This document shows, in pieces, positions 39,401-51,791 of a DNA stretch of 64,000 nucleotides. The notes under the pieces were generated by a model. The model was not told where the DNA came from and ran no database searches. It worked only from the letters and a program-made list of their open reading frames with translations. The translations under genes were made by a program, and so were the position numbers. Source of the stretch: Obrimoposthia wandeli (Eukaryota). Each line of letters starts with the position of its first letter. Positions within the stretch are counted from its first letter, which is position 1. Location of the stretch: the NCBI GenBank assembly GCA_977020255.1, contig CDROCS010001625.1, forward strand, positions 744,001 through 808,000, given 5' to 3'.

Positions 39401-42400
39401 AGTATCTTATTTTGTAATAAATATTTAAGCATTAAATAATCCTATACTTTTCTTTTGGACTATATCCAAATGTCCATTACGATGTTTAATGGAAGAATGT
39501 AAATTATTTAGATAAAAAAGTTCATTAGGGTTTTGTGAGTTTTAAATACAATTAAAATAATTTAAACATTATTAAATTACAATTTACACGTATTTTTGTT
39601 AAACATTTGTATATTAAATTGGTTAGTTTAACTATATATTGTATCGGGTGCTAAATAAAATAAATAAGAAAAGTATTTTCATAAATTTTTTTCTTTCAAC
39701 AATTTATCAGTTAATCTTATTTTTTTTTTTGTCTAACTGCTTTTTGTTATTTCTGTACAATATTGATATAAATAAAGTTATTACTTAGAAATAAAAGTAA
39801 TACATTATACTTAATTATTAACTGATCAACTCAAATTCATCAAATTGGATACAAATGCATTAAAAAAATATTCTAAGTATTCAGTTCCAAGTATCAGTAA
39901 AGTTAAAAGTTAGATATTCAATAACGTAACCAGTTTACGTTCAATTTTTATTTATCATTTTCAGAAAGCAAATGTGAATTCGATAATAAAGTCAAAGCTA
40001 TTACTTCTCTCAAAACGAAAGTCGATGGTTTTCAAGCTGAAAAGTTTGTATTTAACTTTGTTCATATATTTATTTTTCATATTTTCTATTTATATTATAA
40101 GAGTAATATCAATTAGAAATTAAGCTATTATTAATATAGATACACACTCAAGTGGTAGATTATTTTATTGATATTGTGCTCTTTTCATATTTTCACACAC
40201 TTTAAGTAATGATTGATACATAATGTACGCATTGGACTGACAAAACATTACAATGGAAAAATGTGAAACAATCGCAATAGCTAGACCCGATATTACAACG
40301 TTTTCAGTATATTAGCTTTAATATGACCACGGTTATCTATAGGCAGATGTCTTTTATATTGTAGCTGTTATAAATGCCATTCACGGTTTCGCTATACGTA
40401 TGTTTGTACTTAGACGTATACAGGGCCCAATCTTCGAGATAAGTATGTGTGTTTCCCATCAAATCCTGTTTACGGTTTTTAAAATTTCGTAACAATTTAT
40501 CACAAATTTATAAAAACTTATTATTTTATTGTTAAACTTTTACCTTGCTATCATGCGGTTTACTGTGAGCAGATACATCATTTATTGACTTATCGTCGAC
40601 AAAGATTTACCAAAGATTTTTTAAAGAAACGAATTTTGTGCAGATAAAAGAAAATACATTTATGTAATCAGAAACCGGATTTATCCTACTTGTAATTATT
40701 TGTTTAAGTATTACTATTTAAAGCTGTATAATATAAATTGTGTCGTGGGACATAACTCTTAATTTATGTCACGATACAAAACATAACTGTTTTTGTATTT
40801 GTCTTAATTGATCAATTATTAAATTAGTTCAGATTCTTTTAATAAGGCAACATTTTATTTTTATCCGTTTTATACTTATTGTTAATTTCATCCCTGACTT
40901 GTAAAATGTGATGCTTCAGACATTTATTGGGTATAATTTCTTATATTTCTCAAATTACTGATTAATTAGTGCTAACATTTTTATTTGTATCACATATTTT
41001 AAAATATATTTACTGATTTTATAAAATATTATTTTTCAGAACTGAAACGGACAAAATAAGTACGTGTTTCAATATTAACAAAATTAAATATGTTTTAATG
41101 TATGGTTTTGCAACAATTAAAATAGAGTATGTAATACTGTGCTGTAAATTATGAAAAATTCGCCCAGTTGTTTCTTTTGCAGAAATATTTGATTGGGAAA
41201 AGAAAAGAAAACGATTAGTGATAACTTAAGTTGATGATTAAGTTAAAATAAGTTATAACTGATAAGTTTAACAAGCAACCACGGCCTGTGCGGACTTATT
41301 GAACTGCATTTTTACTAACTTTGCCAGCGCCTCTGTATAAAGCAGTAGGATATCATAGGGGGACGAGGGTTTTCAATGAGAAAAACAGTAAGTTGTTGCT
41401 GCATTTGCATTTGATCCTTATACATCATTAGGTAAAATAAGCCAAGAAGTTGGTTTATCTTTTTAATCTGTTAACAAAGTTCTGCATTTAGAAGGTTTGA
41501 ATCTTTGAAAGATCACGACCACGTGAAACGCTCGAATTTTTTGTCAACATATACTAGCAAAGAACGCAGTAAATTCGAATTTTATGAGAAACAAAATTTT
41601 TATTGATTGGGCTTAATTTCATTCAAATCATTTTCCTATTTAACACAATAGACTCATTTACAGAAGAAGGAAAGCGCATGTCATAGATGATAAGCCATTA
41701 AAATCCCCACCCATTACATTACTGAAATCACCTGATATGCCAACGCAGAAGGATTCAATAATGTCTTACTAACTAATCTTATTCCTGTGCTTACTCAGTA
41801 CCAAAATCGAAATAAATTTCCTCAATAAGATGGCTACACCCTATTTTCTCTACTAGTTCGTGAATGGCCTAGGCCAATTGCAAGGCCACCGAGAAGCCCA
41901 GATCCATCAATGAAGGATTTTTGGTTATTGGGATTTAATTTTACAATCTGTGAATTGGAGTCGATATATTTAAATTGAATAAATCAAATTTAGATTTAAC
42001 CATAAATTTGAAAGAAAAAAAAGTATTGTATTTAGGTATTTTTTAATGTTACCATTTGGTACCAATGCACTTGAAAGGATTAACTCATGGATCGATTTTG
42101 TGTTATCCGACCAGGATATATTAGGAGTATATAAAGTACAAAATATATATTTTCCTTTCATTTATTTGGAATAATACAAATTAAAATTATTGTAGTTAAA
42201 GAAATGGAGGAACAATGCAAGCGATTGCGTGAGGAAAAATTGGAAATTTCTGTAAATTTTGATACCGTGGAATCAAAACTGAAAGGTAAGTTTTGTTTGA
42301 TGTTATTTTAAATATCTATATAGGATTTATTATTATTTTTTTACTATAGCATATGATTTTATATAATGCACACCAGAGTTTCTCGACTATTTTGCTGTGT

Positions 42401-45400
42401 GACCAATTTTGTGGGTCTACTTTTATAATTAGCACCACATTTATAAAATCAAATCATTAATTTGCTTAATTATTTTTTGAGTAATAATTGCCACAATTCT
42501 CACAAAAGCTCAATTATTTATATGATTTTTTCGAGTCTGGTGCTGAGAGCATGTATATACACCCTAGGAGTAACGATGATGACTGCAGATTGGTTAATGA
42601 AATTCTCAAATAACAAACAGAACCATGGAATATTGCGGAAAACCGTTGAAATCTTTATAGCTTTGAAGATTTCAATAGTTACAAAAGACTGCATGCATTT
42701 TTCTTTAACATTTTGACTGTTTTTAAACTTCACAAGAGAGCATTCTAAATTAACACCTCTGACCTATTACATGATTTTATGATTTGTTTCAGCTAAATAA
42801 CTGCTATTTACACATCAAAATAATACAAAATTCATCTATGAACAATTGTTTATCTACAACAAGTACACAACAATTTTCAATTTACTTTGATTTAGTTTTA
42901 ATTCAATGTATCATATAAATAAATAAATTTTGATATTTTCGATTATTTGCATATTAAGATTTGATAATTTAAGGTGCATTTTCATTTTCCTCTGCATTTT
43001 ATTTTCCTATCTATAATTAAATAATTTCCACATTTTATAAATAAATATACTGTAATAATGATTTTTTTTAAATAAGAAATTCTTATAAATATATTTTTGA
43101 ATAGGAAATTTAGATTTTGCTACAGTTAGTTCCGCATATAACGGATCACTTGTCTCCTTGTAAAAATCCGGGTTAACCAGTGTTGTCAATATTTAACATA
43201 TAAAAACCATGACAAATCAGATAAATGAAAATTCTGTAATTAATAAACGACATAACAGCATTGTACTATAAAGGTAGACATATATTTATTCACATATTTG
43301 TAAAAAATGGTCAGCTATCTTTATAGTGATGCCATCTTTCCGTGAATATGGGACTCAATGCTACCGTGCTTTTTGTAAATCAACTCGGATTTCTGAGCGA
43401 ATAGACCAGTCTTCAGTATCTGCTGTCTCGGGAGGCATCGAATAATGAGAATCAGCTTCGGTATTGGGTTGGTCAAGCTGCTGCCTTATCTCGCCTGACA
43501 GTACTTGTTTGAACATCATAATCGAGGTCGGCCAAGTGATCCACTGTGACAGACTGATGTTGCTGAAAAGTGTGAATGCACTGTCTACTTCTCTCGGAGG
43601 CGAGGGTGCTGTCTCTGTGCTAGAGACATTTATCTACCTAACTTTGCTGCAGCAATTGAAAATGGTGGCTGAGGATACTTATTTCGAGGCCTTGCGGATC
43701 ATTCCAATTGTCTCTAGAATATATAGAGTGAAGGAGAGACCAACATCAAACACAACGAGTCGTTTAATGATTAGACCTTTTCTTTACTCATGTTTCAGAT
43801 TATTAATCACTGCCGCATCCAAGAAGTGTAGGCGAGACATAGTGTTGAACAAAAGGAAACATATTTTGACGATTGTAAGATTGTCAATGCGAGGATGGGC
43901 TGCGCAGTTGTCAAGAATAGATATGGTTTCACGTGACGCTTCTCTCATTTTGTTGTGTAGGTCATGCACTACCTCTCGAACAGTGCACATGTTGTTAAGA
44001 AAGGGATTTATGTTAGAAATAATTACCTGTCATTCTTGTTTGCATTCTACTTTGTTGGCAAGTGTTTCACACCTTTGAAGTAGTAATGGATTTTGGATTT
44101 CCCATTTATAAGAAGTAGATATTTGTTCCAACAAGATGTTGATACGGTATTTGGATTTGAAGCCACATTTATAAGTGCAAGGGTCAAATAATATCAGAGT
44201 TACTATTGTTACCTCAGTAAAACAGAATTAATTACTAGCCTGGGAATAATGAGCAGAAGTGTTCAATCTTTTTGCTGAAGACAAGAGGAGTGGATATGAT
44301 TTGATGTACATTGGGAATATGGATGAATTTCGGATGATAAATAATACAAATAATATCCACATCAGGATCGGAAATGTACAAGGTTGCAGTTTTTTGCTTA
44401 ACCTTCAGATGGAGGAAAACGATATCAAAAGATTTTTTCTCTAAAACGATTTATAGGGAGGGTATCGGTGACAAATGAAATGTGTAGCGTTTGATTGAAT
44501 GAATTATGGATCGTCAGAAAGGAGTCTATTTTCAAGTTTAGGTATATTCTTAAAAACGTCTCTCGGCAATAGCACATCTTACAGATTATGTGAAGAAAGA
44601 AGTGTTTAAGTATAGCAGTCATTCAGTAAATCATTCGTCAAAGATTCGTTTTTAATTGGAAAATGTATGATTAAAGGTTACTATCGATACCAGAAGAGTT
44701 AAAATTAAAAGACTTTCAAGAAAAGTGTGCGAAAGGTTTGTGAGGAGTTAAAATCAAGAAACTCCTCATTGTTCTAAAATAGATTTGGAAAAGCTATAAT
44801 TCATTCATACAAGGAAGATCATGCACAAGTTGATGAATATATTCGGAAATTTAAATGTATGTACATGCATTGAATTTTGTAATGATGTGGTCAAACTATT
44901 GGAAAGGTTTAAAATGAACTCCAATGAAGATGTTGATGGATTTAAATAGATTTTATTGTATGTTTATTTTGGAATTTGAATCTATCTTATTTTATAGTCA
45001 ATTTTGACCATCAATTTTCATCACCTTTTTTTTACTACCGAAGTCATCTGTTATCTACAGAATCTTACCGTATCTAAAATCAACTTCACTGGATTGTAGA
45101 TATAATAATTCGATTTGGAAATGTTTGATGCACAATGAAAGAATGAATGTAGTTTTGATTCATTATCACATTTAGACAAAACCATTGCTGTTGATAAGAT
45201 GAGAAACAAGCTCAATGAATCTAAGAAGTCGGATGATAGCGAAGTTAAGAAGCTAAACAATATAATGAATAGCACCAAAGAAGATCTAGATAATAAGGAG
45301 AGAGAAGTGGACAAGTTGAATAAAGATCTCAAGTGAGTACATTTTGATGCTTTTTTTACCGATTTTTCGATATTTTGGATGTCTCCAATTGTTTTGAGTT

Positions 45401-46791
45401 AGCGTATGTTATTTATATTTCCACACTTTCTATATTATGTTTCTGTTCGTTCGAAAAGTGTGCTTTCAAAATAGTGGAAAACGTGTTTTGAAAAGGATTA
45501 GAGAAGAGGTTGGGCTGATTTCACTATCAGATCAATATAAAAATGAAGCCATGTTTGATAAACTGTCATCAATTATTGTTGCTGGTGGTGGAGTCTACCG
45601 ATATTTTCCTGAACTCAATCATGATGATAAGGATTTAGTATAGTAAGTTAACAGCGAAACAAAATATAAGAATTTAACTTGGTAATGATATTGATTAGAA
45701 GTTCATAATATGAGAGCTATTTGGTAGACATTCAAATTTCAATAAATTATAGTAAAAGCACAGTAATTTGGAGTTTATTTTTTTCAGAGCTAAGAATGAT
45801 GAATTAGAGAATCAAATAAAGAACAATAATAATCTGAAGAAGGAATTGGACAATCTAAAAAAATTGGGAATCACGGTAGGATTTTTACATTGTTTCAAAT
45901 TTAGACTACTACTTTGTTACATCATTCGAAATATTTCAAAGATTTTCAAATCAACTCTATTTTAATTTTTTTATATACAGTCATGTTCAAAAAACGCCAA
46001 TCGTGATTTATGTCTCAAACTTTAGTTAAATAAATAGTTAAAAGCTTTTAAAATTATGTTTAGAAGAAATAAATAAATATATATTTGCTGTGAAGTGTCA
46101 GGAGATGCCTATCCAGATTGCCTTTATTGGCTATTGCAACATAAGAATTGCAAATGAGGCAGCAATATTTACGTTACACCATAGCGAGAAAGATACATTA
46201 GCAGCCAATTTTCATTGAAATTATACTTTTTCGATTTAAATTGAGCGCTTTATTAAAGGCTGGAAATAGTTCTGTTAAACAGTTGAAGAACAATAAACAA
46301 AAACTTAGTAAATTATAAATAGCTCACTAAAATTGAAATAAAAACATAATCAACTTTAATTATGTCTTAAAAGTGCTATTTTCTAAACTCCCTTTATTCT
46401 GTAAGTACCATTTTCAGAAAATAATCATAAAAAGAATGAGTGTTAAGCTGAAACATATATGAAAAAAATAAATAAAATAAACATATTTCGCAAATACGAT
46501 TTAATTTCGTTTTAAATTAATTGCCATTGAACTTTCAAGTTTTAGTAATTTATAAATAATTCAAGTCTAATTTTAACCTAAACATTTGTGAATTTTTAAA
46601 AATGTTTTATGAGCTATTTGAGAATTTGTCGAAGCCAGTGGATTTCATTGTTCAATTCTATGCTTGTTGATAATTGAATTGATAATCGATAATCTTAATT
46701 TATTTTATTTTTTAATTTCACACAATTTTTTAAAATTAATAATTTTTTTCATTTTTAGAACTAGCCTCATATTTAATGAATATGTCAACAA
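18445..46791 (+). CDS. Host multi-exon gene: long coiled-coil protein, intermediate-filament/lamin-like
   Basis: Exons 18445-18480, 22131-22263, 23455-23532, 28708-28776, 33701-33795, 34090-34164, 34210-34281, 34322-34354, 35503-35526, 36140-36211, 36256-36312, 37742-37816, 38687-38761, 39965-40043, 41040-41059, 42196-42285, 45176-45332, 45788-45875. All are AG/GT flanked and phase-compatible, giving 1328 nt with no stop; 45981-46002 and 46759-46791 are less certain. Includes EKNLIKLRTVFRDRLNGYFNHVRILESENIKLQAE. Start and stop not fixed. Confidence 0.9.
18840..19055 (-). CDS. Unidentified 71-aa open segment, antisense in a host intron
   Basis: Open frame, preceded by an acceptor-like TAG; has a decayed paralog at 12510-12621. 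Confidence 0.45.
   Translation of the reverse strand: MLTKNGTPGIRIKSCNFNEEKYETYPLKFENKLRALHSRAPNHSLYYIQIRPKYQLSGGKLRMEPANMSGD
19700..19880 (-). mobile_element. Tigger transposase C-terminal tail fragment
   Basis: TTLSDEELISRI resembles the acidic LSDEEIV tail. Confidence 0.3.
20050..20300 (+). mobile_element. hAT (DUF659-type) transposase fragment
   Basis: LPPESVITRLGTWLTAIKYH matches PPxPVxTRWGTWLxAxxYY; same group as 30184-32013. Confidence 0.6.
20418..21863 (+). mobile_element. pogo element (Brinker-DBD + CENP-B HTH + DDE_1, POGK-like), 3'-deleted transposase
   Basis: TIRs CCTTAAATTTGCATGTATAAGGC / GCCTTGTACATGCGAATTTACGG with TA on both sides; KRRSYQASFKLQVIE, ARWPQLE, SWCFRFMQR, ITNMDEVP, KGWMNED, LLIYDSMRAH; several stops. 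Confidence 0.93.
22440..23170 (+). mobile_element. mariner transposase remnant
   Basis: ITMDEIWL, GIILNDYL, LGWDI*PHPAYSFDLAP (cf. HPPYSPDLAPSD). Confidence 0.8.
23181..23269 (+). repeat. 45-bp tandem duplication
   Basis: ATGAGTGATCTGGATAAGATTTCATTGAAACATTTAC starts at 23181 and 23226. Confidence 0.95.
23607..23997. mobile_element. hAT MITE (Charlie/Buster-like)
   Basis: 8-bp TSD GTTTACAT (23599-23606, 23998-24005) with central TA; ends CAGCGGTTTCC / GAAAACCGATG. Confidence 0.9.
24740..27930 (-). mobile_element. Decayed Ty3/Gypsy gag-pol, truncated in integrase, no LTRs found
   Basis: CFCCDEKGH knuckle (~27000), LWNSVASVTVMS protease-like site, PWNS...IRMCVDYRQL RT, IIDTDA...GAVLS...IAYDSR...YCVT...TDHKAL RNase H, EIHQYFCHL integrase zinc-finger start. 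Confidence 0.9.
30184..32013 (+). mobile_element. Full-length but disrupted hAT element (CGGBP1-like BED finger, DUF659-type transposase)
   Basis: Ends TAGGGC / GCCCTG flanked by TCATTAC; ATG 30515; AADIPLHKL, VVDESD, LLLTDTACYM, LFHVTYIAHLLHNCAEKVR, PTSASVERSFS. Confidence 0.92.
32621..32795 (+). pseudogene. Decayed J-domain (DnaJ HPD) fragment
   Basis: One frame: NIDEYSVIELYNIYKNI*A*DLLS*SKNYFYYARKLHPDKLE; K17, Y19, A23, K25 and H27-P-D-K fall in J-domain register without indels. Confidence 0.55.
34585..35450 (-). mobile_element. hAT transposon remnant
   Basis: CAGGGATT terminus at 34585; VALKISSMPNIITCESSFAA resembles the hAT C-terminal motif. Confidence 0.55.
40150..40640 (-). mobile_element. 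Non-LTR (LINE) RT C-terminal fragment
   Basis: IFVDD (YADD-like) followed by IKANILKTL*YRV across frameshifts. Confidence 0.35.
41340..41960 (+). mobile_element. Tc1/mariner (maT/rosa-like) remnant
   Basis: QQDG...LVREW and PPRSPD...DFWLLG motifs. Confidence 0.65.
43123..44090 (-). mobile_element. Tigger transposase 3' half with one TIR
   Basis: TA|CAGTTAGTTCCGCATATAACGGATCAC end; ILDNCAAHP...LDAAVINNLK DDE_1 motifs. Confidence 0.85.
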
Positions 46792-47199
46792 GTAAGTGTT
46801 AAATGTATTTATTTTAAATTTATTTGTTTTCTATTTATAACTACTATTGTTCATCATTTAGTATGATTTAATTTATTTAAATTTTGTATAATTTAAATCA
46901 TTCAAAACATCTCGAGCACAAGGAGGTATAGGGTTAAGGGTATTGTGCAGATGTTTTGGAACCAACACTTTAAATGACTATTTTCGACCTCTAGAGAAAC
47001 CAAATTTTAATGTTATTAAATTAACGTTATGTGCTCAAACTTTTTTCAATACTTTTTTTGTTTCTATGAAGGGAATTTATTTTAAAACCATTTTTTTCTT
47101 AAAAGTATTTTGTTTGTTTTTATTTTTGTAAAAGAGTAAATTTTTAACAAGCTTAACATTCTTTTATTTAATTGGATATTTTTAAAGAATACCCTCATT

Positions 47200-47933
47200 T
47201 ATAATTTGTTTTTAATTTGCAATGTTTATAACGATCCATCGGTTATTACGAGTCAGTTTTATAGATTTTGTTATTTTTCACCGTTTATAACGATCTTTTG
47301 ATTAAATATTCATGGAGAAAGCAACAAGATCTATTAACGTTTTTTTTTATCTGGACCTATGTTAAAAAGTAATACACAAAAATTGTTATGTTAGATTATC
47401 ATGTTTTTATAATAAGTAATAGCTGGTTAGGTCGCTTTAAAAAAGGGAAAATAATTTTATGAAGTTTATGAAGAATGCAAACAGTTGAGAAAAATTACTG
47501 TCTGGTGTTCTAAATGAAAATTATGTACAATTAGACAATGATATAATTGCAAGTGGCGTTGTCTCTGATGGAGTTGTGGAAAATATACAAATCTCTGATA
47601 ATCCCGAAACAAAAATTGACAATGGAAATCTAAGCGATATTGATGATGAACTTATAATCGAAGCCGACATGTTTATTGAATTTACCAAAAGCATTTAGAA
47701 ACAATATCATGTTATTTCTGGTTTAGATATAAATGGTGATGCGCTATGCCAAAAAGATCTATAAAACCATTAATACTGAAATATTCGATTATTTGAATTA
47801 AATACAACCCAATTTTGAATTTTTATTGTTTTTGTTACATTGAATAAATTAAGAAAATCTTTGGTTATAACAAACTTTGGATTTAAGGAATTAAATCGGC
47901 AGTTCTTTGGAAATAATAACGGGATTATACTGT
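47200..47933 (+). mobile_element. Tigger-derived deletion derivative
   Basis: Acidic tail YVQLDNDIIASGVVSD; right end TAACGGGATTATACTG|TA; left end uncertain. Confidence 0.55.
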
Positions 47934-48248
47934 ACTAAACATTTGGATTTAGTGAAATTTTACTTCATTTGTGCTGCAGGAAAGGTTCCTTAACCCAAAT
48001 GTTTACTAAATCAGAGTTCACTAAATATGAACACTACTGTACATTTCAATCAGCAAAATGTGTTTTGAGCAGCGAATAATCTGGTGAGCGTAGTTGTATT
48101 ATCCCTCTGAAATATTCAGTTATCTTCCTGAAAAACGTCTAGAATGGACTCTGGTGATTGCTCAAAATATCGACATATGCTTTACTACCCTGTTTACCCT
48201 TTAAATAGCTTATCACAACCATCGAAGAAAAGCCTCTACATATCATAA
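47934..48248 (-). mobile_element. Tc1 fragment with terminal sequence
   Basis: YVDILSNH and FQRDN motifs; TGAACACTACTG|TA Tc1-like end near 48040. Confidence 0.5.
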
Positions 48249-48401
48249 AGTTTATGAAGAATGACAAACAGTTGAGAAAAATTACTGTCTGGTGTTCTAA
48301 ATGAAAATTATGTACAATTAGACAATTATATAATTGCAAGTGGCGTTGTCTCTGATGGAGTTGTGGAAAATATACAAATCTCTGATAATCCCGAAACAAA
48401 A
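48249..48401 (+). repeat. About 150-bp direct repeat of 47462-47614
   Basis: AAGTTTATGAAGAATG...ATCCCGAAACAAAA nearly identical in both places. Confidence 0.95.
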
Positions 48402-49429
48402 GGGATGAAGCTCAAAATCTCGCAGTTTAAAACCGCTCGAATTCTTACACTACCCCGACCGAAAAGAGAGTCGTTTACAAACGATTTTTTGCCGACACGT
48501 ACACAATATCGAGATATCGTATAGCAATTCAGTCAACAGTTAAGTCACCTGACAAGAGCTGTACATTAGGTAAAACCTAAGCCGAAATAAATCAGCTAAT
48601 ATAGTAACCGTAGTACGATTACCGGCACGTAAATATCATTGTTTCTGGGCGAGATGCAGACTTAGAGGCTTAGACTTAGAAGATTAAGCATTCATCATAT
48701 CTCATTTCTAGAAATATTTTGGCATGTTCTTTAAATCGTGCAGTAATAGCCACGATAGTCATCAGGTCCTTCTAAATTAAATTTTGTACAGTTTGTCAAA
48801 AATGATTATTTTTAAACATAATTTTACTTCAGCTACGATTCAACTATTCCAGTATTGTTGACATCAGATTCTTTCAGCCAATATGTTTTAGTGTATCATG
48901 TATCTCTATGTGACATGGATTCTGTGTTTTCATTGATTAAAATAATTGTCTCGTTGTTTTGAAATTTCATGTTCATCATATTGAGCTAGTTATCAATACA
49001 GTTTAATTGAAAAAGAATCGAAATTAGGATATGATTTCTCTTTTCATATTATCATGCAATCCTCAAGAAATCAGTAGATAGACAATGTCCTCCACAAAAC
49101 CTTCCCGAGAATTGCGTGATGATAAGAAGATAAGTTGAAAAAGAATATTCTAGATTTTGATTCTCTTTCGAATAAGCTACCGGTTGGTAGAATTGGATAA
49201 GTTTTATAGAAAATACCGTGTCGGGTATTACAGATAAAATCCATTTTAGTATTAATATACATCTATATATTTACTTAAGATTTGAGATCCTTATTTTCAC
49301 TTTAATGAATTTACTTCTTTAATAAGTAAGCGTTTATAATATGTAGAATAAATTTGCGGATTAACATGTTCAACAATATCAGTAAATTTAATTATTTATG
49401 TATAAACAATTAATCATTTTCTTGATATA

Positions 49430-50280
49430 CAGGGGGTCCCAAAAATAATCGAACCGCTAAAAAGCTTTAAAACAAAAATATATTTTAATTAAACAATACA
49501 AAAAATTAATACTTATTATTTAGGAATGTTCTAAAAAACGCAATTTCGAAATCATCTAATAAAGCTGTCATACCTTTCTTCAAGTGTCTTATATTTGGTT
49601 CCATTCATGTTCAATACCTTCACTAGTAGATTGTAGCTTAGAAGAATACACCGCCTTAATATAACTCCCTACAATACGAAATCAAGTTGGATAAGATCAG
49701 GTGACCTATTGGCCATTGGATGAGATCAGCTGACCTGTTTGGCCATTGGATTAGATCATATCGTTCAAGCCAGCACACAGGAATGTATCATTATGCCATT
49801 GTCGAACATATTTGGTGTAGTGAGGAAGTGCGCCTTCATTTTGAAAGTGAAGTTCACCAAAATTTGGTCACAAAAACAATAGGAAGTACTTGATTTTTAA
49901 AACATATCGAGATAATTAGCACCATTAACAGTAACGTGAAAATGAATGAGTAAATCGGGCAGTGCAACATAATCATTCCCAGGCGAGATTGATTTCCTGT
50001 TCGTTACTGTAATATGTGTTCTCAGATCCCCAATTTGCTTAATTATATCTATTTACATGACCATTCAGTTTGAAGCAAGTGTCATACCCCCATAAGACAC
50101 AATCAGGGAAATCAGGTGAATCGTCATAAATTGTAGAATATGTTCATAGAATTATAATCGTCTATTGAAGTCATCGATGAGGACATGAAGAAGATGAAGT
50201 CTGTATGGTTTAAAGCCACTGCCATGCATGATAGGATGGAGAATATTGTCAGTTTACTATGTGCAGGCGATCTAAAGTTT
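49430..50280 (-). mobile_element. Tc1/mariner (maT/rosa-like) 3' half
   Basis: TA|CAGGGGGTCCCAAAAATAATCG end; TVNGANYLDM, FQNEGALPHY, WPNRSPDL...LDF; internal ~29-bp tandem duplication near 49700-49760. Confidence 0.8.
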
Positions 50281-51791
50281 CAATCCCAGTTATATAATAC
50301 TAATTTGTAACTGTTCATAGAATAATACTTTTTAAAAATTAAAATGCGTTCATTTATATCTCAATTTCTTTGCATTGACCGTACAAATCGGTTAAAAACA
50401 CTAGATTAAAACCAAGAAACTATATTTAGAACATTGAAATATTAAGGAAATACTAATTCATTTGTGAACTCAATTAATATTGAGACAAATCTAGTCATAT
50501 TTTTCAGCATGGTTTGATGAGGAACTACTTTGATATGCCTCGTACTTTCTCTCCAGTGCCATATTAGCCTATGACAACGCCCATCGGCAACGGCCCAGAG
50601 TTTAATTTCATTCATATTACAGTTCCGACTACCCGTAGGGCGCCTTTGCTAAACCCCGTAACCATAGTGTTGATATTTAACATTACAAAGAAAAAAGGGT
50701 TAAATGGACTGCTGCCTCTGAAGGGCCCCAAGTATGACTTTTTTAGACCTTTCTTTGTCAGTCAATCAATATATATCTAACCAATAGGGATGAATGATTC
50801 CTCAATTATCCATGGTTATTGCAACCCCCTTTCCAAACAATAGTTGAATGTATACATTGGGTATTTTAGATTATTGCCAATTAGAATGACAGTTTAATAC
50901 TTAACCTTTAATGTTAAATCGCGTATCTTTAATTACTTGGGCAATCAAGCCTAAATTAGTTTTCTCACCAAACAAGCGGTTTTTTTTATCAAAGATTAAT
51001 GGGGCATCTGGTGATGAAAATTCACACAACATACAATCACATTAGATCAACTGACATATCCCAATTCCTTAAAAATAATTGTATTACTTGATAGTCAAAC
51101 TTCAGATATATGGATAATAAATGTATATAAATAGAAAAAGCATATGTGAATTGAACCCTCAAAACTCAAATATTTTCTCTTCGAAATAGCTCATTTTAGG
51201 CCCTTAAAATATAACAAATTGTTGTGTTGATAAAATAATTGATTCTTGGGGTCATCGCAACTTGGCAAATGTTATCAAGGGGTCACCGCACTAGAAAGGT
51301 TGGGAACCGCTGATTTAGGGTCTTTTCGACCGGGGTTGTTCAAGTGCTATAGTATAATCAAAAAATTGAAGTAATCATCACTTATTTATTTAATTCTTAC
51401 AAATAATGTTCTTTACTATTGTAAATATGTACAATAGGATGGACAGAAAACAAAACCTTTCGAAATTCACTTGTGGGGTATAACAAAAAGTCGTGAATAG
51501 GTAAAATACTAAGTAAAATGAAAATTCAAGTCATTCGTGCATTAAAGTTTTTATATTTTTGTATTTAAGATAAATAACATTAAATATTGATTTGGTATAA
51601 ATTATCCAAATACTTTCGTTACTCAGTACTCTACTACTCATTACAGATTCATAATCAAAATAATAGTATTTTTCATCAAAATCTGCTTTTAGTGCAGTTC
51701 TGAACTAGTTCTGAATAAGTTTAAAACAAGCGTCTGAATAAGTGCATCACGACCTTGAAATCAGTGCGCTGCTGCAATTGCAAGAAACAAT

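Noticed and set aside
43464-44078. 204-aa plus-strand ORF
   Set aside because: Antisense shadow of the Tigger transposase.
44250-44960. Coding-like decayed stretch (YIGNMDE)
   Set aside because: Probably a transposase relic, but motifs are too weak to assign.
45051-45332. 93-aa minus-strand ORF
   Set aside because: Antisense of host exon 45176-45332.
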